From Candidatus Poribacteria bacterium (GTDB lineage Bacteria; Poribacteria; WGA-4E; PCPOR2b), in the NCBI GenBank assembly GCA_965218095.1, contig OZ244587.1, positions 1,504,001 through 1,568,000 of the forward strand: DNA of 64,000 bases. The letters are read 5' to 3'. The position numbers and the translations under genes were made by a program. Each line of letters starts with the position of its first letter. Positions within the stretch are counted from its first letter, which is position 1. Positions 61,088 through 64,000 of this stretch are shown here, piece by piece. The notes below the pieces were generated by a model that was not told the DNA's origin, did no database searches, and saw nothing but the letters and a program-made list of their open reading frames with translations.

Positions 61088-63589
61088 CTATTTGACAATG
61101 ACCATTCGTCGGGTGGCTTGGAAAGCGCCAGCCTTAAGCGTGTAGAAATAGATGCCACTCGAAACCGCCTCTCCGAATCGGTCTTTGCCATCCCAATACG
61201 CCGCGGTTTCTCGGCTGAGATAACTGCCCGCTTGTCGCAAACCGGGCGCTAACTGACGGACAAGTTGTCCTTGCACATCGTAGATACGAATGGTCACTTT
61301 GGCATCGGCGGCTAACACATACGGCATCCATGTTTCTGGATTAAACGGATTGGGGTAGTTTGGCAACAGTGCCGTTTCTTTCGGAGCCAACGCTACGAGA
61401 AGGTGTTCAAGGAAGATAATCCCTCTTTGCGAGCGGACATCCGTGAGGTGTAGTTGCTGTGCTTGAGTGAGCCAGCCCTCTACATCGGCAGGAGTGATCA
61501 TCGCCAGTGCCTGTGGATGCGCCGAAGGCGCGGCTGCCGCGTTGCCTATTGCGCTGGCAACCTGAACCAAGTCTGCAATATCCACAACGCCATCCCGGTT
61601 GACATCCGCCTCATTTTGTCCCATCTGTCCCAAACGCAATGCAACTAGGGCTAAATCCAAGATGTTCACCGCCCCATTCCTGTTGACATCCTCAGCGAGT
61701 GTCGGCGGTTTTTCCCCGGTGTCCGGTGGCGGTGCAATATCCCACAGAAGCACCGTGCCGTCCACACTCCCACTTGCGAGGGTCCTGCCATCGGAGCTGA
61801 AAGCAACGCTCTCGACACTAGAGGTATGCCCGACGAGGGTTTTCAACGCCTCACCTGTGGTAGCATCCCACAAGCCGATCGTATTGTCCCACCCCCCACT
61901 TGCGAGGGTCTTGCTATCGCGACTGAAAGCAACGCTTTCGACACCATACGTATCCCTGTGGATGGTTGTCACCTCCTCACCGGTGGTAACATCCCACAGG
62001 CGAATGGCATTATCCCACCCCCCACTTGCGAGGGTCTTGCCATCGCGACTGAAAGTAACGCTGAGGACATGACCCCTATGGCCGTCAAGGACTTTTAGGG
62101 GGGCCCCAGTGGCGACATCCCACAGGCGAATGGTATTGTCTCGACTCCCACTTGCGAGGGTCTTGCCATCTCGACTGAAAGCGATGCTCTCGACACCGGC
62201 CGCATGTCCGACGAGGGTTCTCAGGCGTGCCCCGGTGGCGACATCCCACAAGCGGATGTCATCATCCTCACTTCCACTCGCCAGCATGCTGCCATCGGGA
62301 CTGAAAGCAACGCTTATCAGATAAGCCCTATGCCCGACGAGGGTTTTCAGGTGCGCTCCGGTGTCAGCATTCCACAAGCGGACCGTATCGTCCTGACTTC
62401 CACTGGCGATTGTGCCCCCATCCGGGCTGAAAACAACGATGTCCACATCATCCGTATGCCCGACGAGGACGTGCTGGAGCTGTCCTGTGTCGGTGTTCCA
62501 CAGGCGGATGGTTTGGTCCCAGCTCCTACCAATGAGCGTGCGGCCATCCGGACTGAACGCAACGTTCAAGACAACATCCGCGAACCCGGTGACAGTTTCG
62601 ATGTGTTCACCCGTATCAACATCCCACAGGCGGAAGGTCGCATCCCACGCACCGCTTGCGACAGTGCGGCTATCCCGACTAAACGCAACTCTGTAGACAT
62701 CAGCCGTATGTCCGGTAAGGGTTTCGATGGGCTCGCCCGTGACAGCATCCCACAAGCGGATGGTATCGTCCTCACTCGCACTCGCCAGCGTGCGGCCATC
62801 CGGAGAAAAAGCGAGTTTGTAGACAATGGATGTATGCCCGGTAAGGGTTTCGATGGGCTCGCCGGTGTCAACATCCCACAGACGGATGGCCGCGTCGTAA
62901 TCCCCACTCACGAGTGTGCCCCCATCCGGGCTGAAAGCAACCGTCTGCACAAGAGACGTATGCCCGGTGATGGTCTTGATATTCTCACCCGTCTCAACAT
63001 CCCACAGACGGACGGTTTGGTCCCAACTCCCACTAGCGACAGTTTTTCTATCCGAGCTGAAAGCCACGCTAGTGACCCGATCCCCATGTTCGGTAAGGGT
63101 ATGGATGTTCTCGCCCGTCTCAACATCCCACAATCGGACGGTTCGGTCCCAACTTCCACTGACAAGTGTGCCTCCATCCGGGCTGAAAGCAAGGCTCCGG
63201 ACACCATTCCTATGCCCGGTGATGATCTTGATATTCTCACCCGTCTCAACATCCCACAATCGGATGGTTTGGTCCCAACTCCCACTGGCAAGCGTCTTTT
63301 CATCAGGGGAATACGCCATAGCAGAAATTGTTTCCGTATGCCCGGTGAGCAGGTCCATCTCTTGAAGGGTTTCCGCATCGTAGAGCCAAATACCGATGGC
63401 ACTGGCGACTGCGAGTTGAGTACCATCAAGTGAATACTCAAGTTCACCTATCCAGCCTTTACCGAATCGCGCAATGGCATCATCGGGTAACTGCCATTGG
63501 GGGTTATCTTGGGCGAAGCTGTTTGATAGAAATAGAGCAGAGACTAATAATAAAGTAAGGCTAAAAAATATCATCTTTTTCATTGACAT
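61088..63589 (-). CDS. Secreted WD40-repeat protein with dockerin-like and C-terminal FlgD/T9SS-like domain
   Basis: Signal peptide, ~14 GH...LASGS.D.T.RLWD repeats, DVNRNGAVNILDL/DVNRDGVVDIADL, TALLPNYPNPFNPETW...SGIYFY. Confidence 0.93.
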   Translation of the reverse strand: MSMKKMIFFSLTLLLVSALFLSNSFAQDNPQWQLPDDAIARFGKGWIGELEYSLDGTQLAVASAIGIWLYDAETLQEMDLLTGHTETISAMAYSPDEKTLASGSWDQTIRLWDVETGENIKIITGHRNGVRSLAFSPDGGTLVSGSWDRTVRLWDVETGENIHTLTEHGDRVTSVAFSSDRKTVASGSWDQTVRLWDVETGENIKTITGHTSLVQTVAFSPDGGTLVSGDYDAAIRLWDVDTGEPIETLTGHTSIVYKLAFSPDGRTLASASEDDTIRLWDAVTGEPIETLTGHTADVYRVAFSRDSRTVASGAWDATFRLWDVDTGEHIETVTGFADVVLNVAFSPDGRTLIGRSWDQTIRLWNTDTGQLQHVLVGHTDDVDIVVFSPDGGTIASGSQDDTVRLWNADTGAHLKTLVGHRAYLISVAFSPDGSMLASGSEDDDIRLWDVATGARLRTLVGHAAGVESIAFSRDGKTLASGSRDNTIRLWDVATGAPLKVLDGHRGHVLSVTFSRDGKTLASGGWDNAIRLWDVTTGEEVTTIHRDTYGVESVAFSRDSKTLASGGWDNTIGLWDATTGEALKTLVGHTSSVESVAFSSDGRTLASGSVDGTVLLWDIAPPPDTGEKPPTLAEDVNRNGAVNILDLALVALRLGQMGQNEADVNRDGVVDIADLVQVASAIGNAAAAPSAHPQALAMITPADVEGWLTQAQQLHLTDVRSQRGIIFLEHLLVALAPKETALLPNYPNPFNPETWMPYVLAADAKVTIRIYDVQGQLVRQLAPGLRQAGSYLSRETAAYWDGKDRFGEAVSSGIYFYTLKAGAFQATRRMVIVK

Positions 63590-63629
63590 TGATTCTCCTT
63601 TTTGAGTTGTCAGTTTTGCGGAGTTAGTG

Positions 63630-64000
63630 CTACTTGAGGATCACCATCCGTCGTAAGTCGGTATAATCCCCTGCTTGGAGTTGATAGAAATAGACTCCGC
63701 TTGCGACCGATTCCCCCCTATCGTTGCGTCCGTCCCAATAGGCTGCTTTCGTCCGGGTGGTATAGAATCCTGCGGGTTGATTCCCCAATTCTAATTGCCA
63801 CACCGGCGTCCCTTTTGTGTCGTAAACCGTGAGTGTGACATCGGCATCGTGAGCGAGTTGATAAGGAATCCACGTCTCCGGATTGAACGGATTTGGGTAG
63901 TTAGGCAACAGTGCCGTCTCTTTCGGAGCCAACGCTGCGAGAAGGTGTTCAAGGAAGATAATGCCCCTTTGCGAGCGTAGATCCGTCAGATCTAGGCCCT
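63630..64000 (-). CDS. C-terminal part of a paralogous secreted protein (partial at window edge)
   Basis: RGIIFLEHLL...ETALLPNYPNPFNPETWIPYQL...SGVYFY. Confidence 0.88.
   Translation of the reverse strand, partial: GLDLTDLRSQRGIIFLEHLLAALAPKETALLPNYPNPFNPETWIPYQLAHDADVTLTVYDTKGTPVWQLELGNQPAGFYTTRTKAAYWDGRNDRGESVASGVYFYQLQAGDYTDLRRMVILK

Noticed and set aside
62204-63433. 409-aa plus-strand ORF with repeats
   Set aside because: Antisense shadow of the WD40 gene

Overview
Bacterial chromosomal window, most consistent with a Candidatus Poribacteria-like sponge symbiont. This is an inference from the WD40/dockerin-like proteins with a 'TALLPNYPNPFNPETW' C-terminal domain, three PhyH-family dioxygenases, sulfatase/FGE genes and GH88/sialidase-like genes. 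Intact modules include hemE-hemH-hemY followed by a pentaheme cytochrome c, a three-subunit xanthine-dehydrogenase-family Mo-hydroxylase, a P450/SDR/PhyH region, and a locus of three unassigned genes built around a divergent membrane-anchored lytic transglycosylase. The window also holds a decayed integron (intI pseudogene plus attI-like site). About 24 kb away is a complete orphan integron cassette with an intact attC, carrying a secreted kinesin-light-chain-type TPR protein. That cassette lies inside a 7.4-kb segment bounded by 21-bp direct repeats, which appears to separate two formerly tandem PhyH genes. Other observations: nested IS5/IS701 elements, a family of IS701-end MITEs, an IS5 transposase whose frameshift site was made in-frame by a 16-bp duplication, a ferrochelatase with an unusual N-terminal Cys cluster, a decayed UxxC DsrE-like selenoprotein gene, a candidate sRNA, and many single-lesion pseudogenes. 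All calls come from reading the sequence by eye; no database searches were run.
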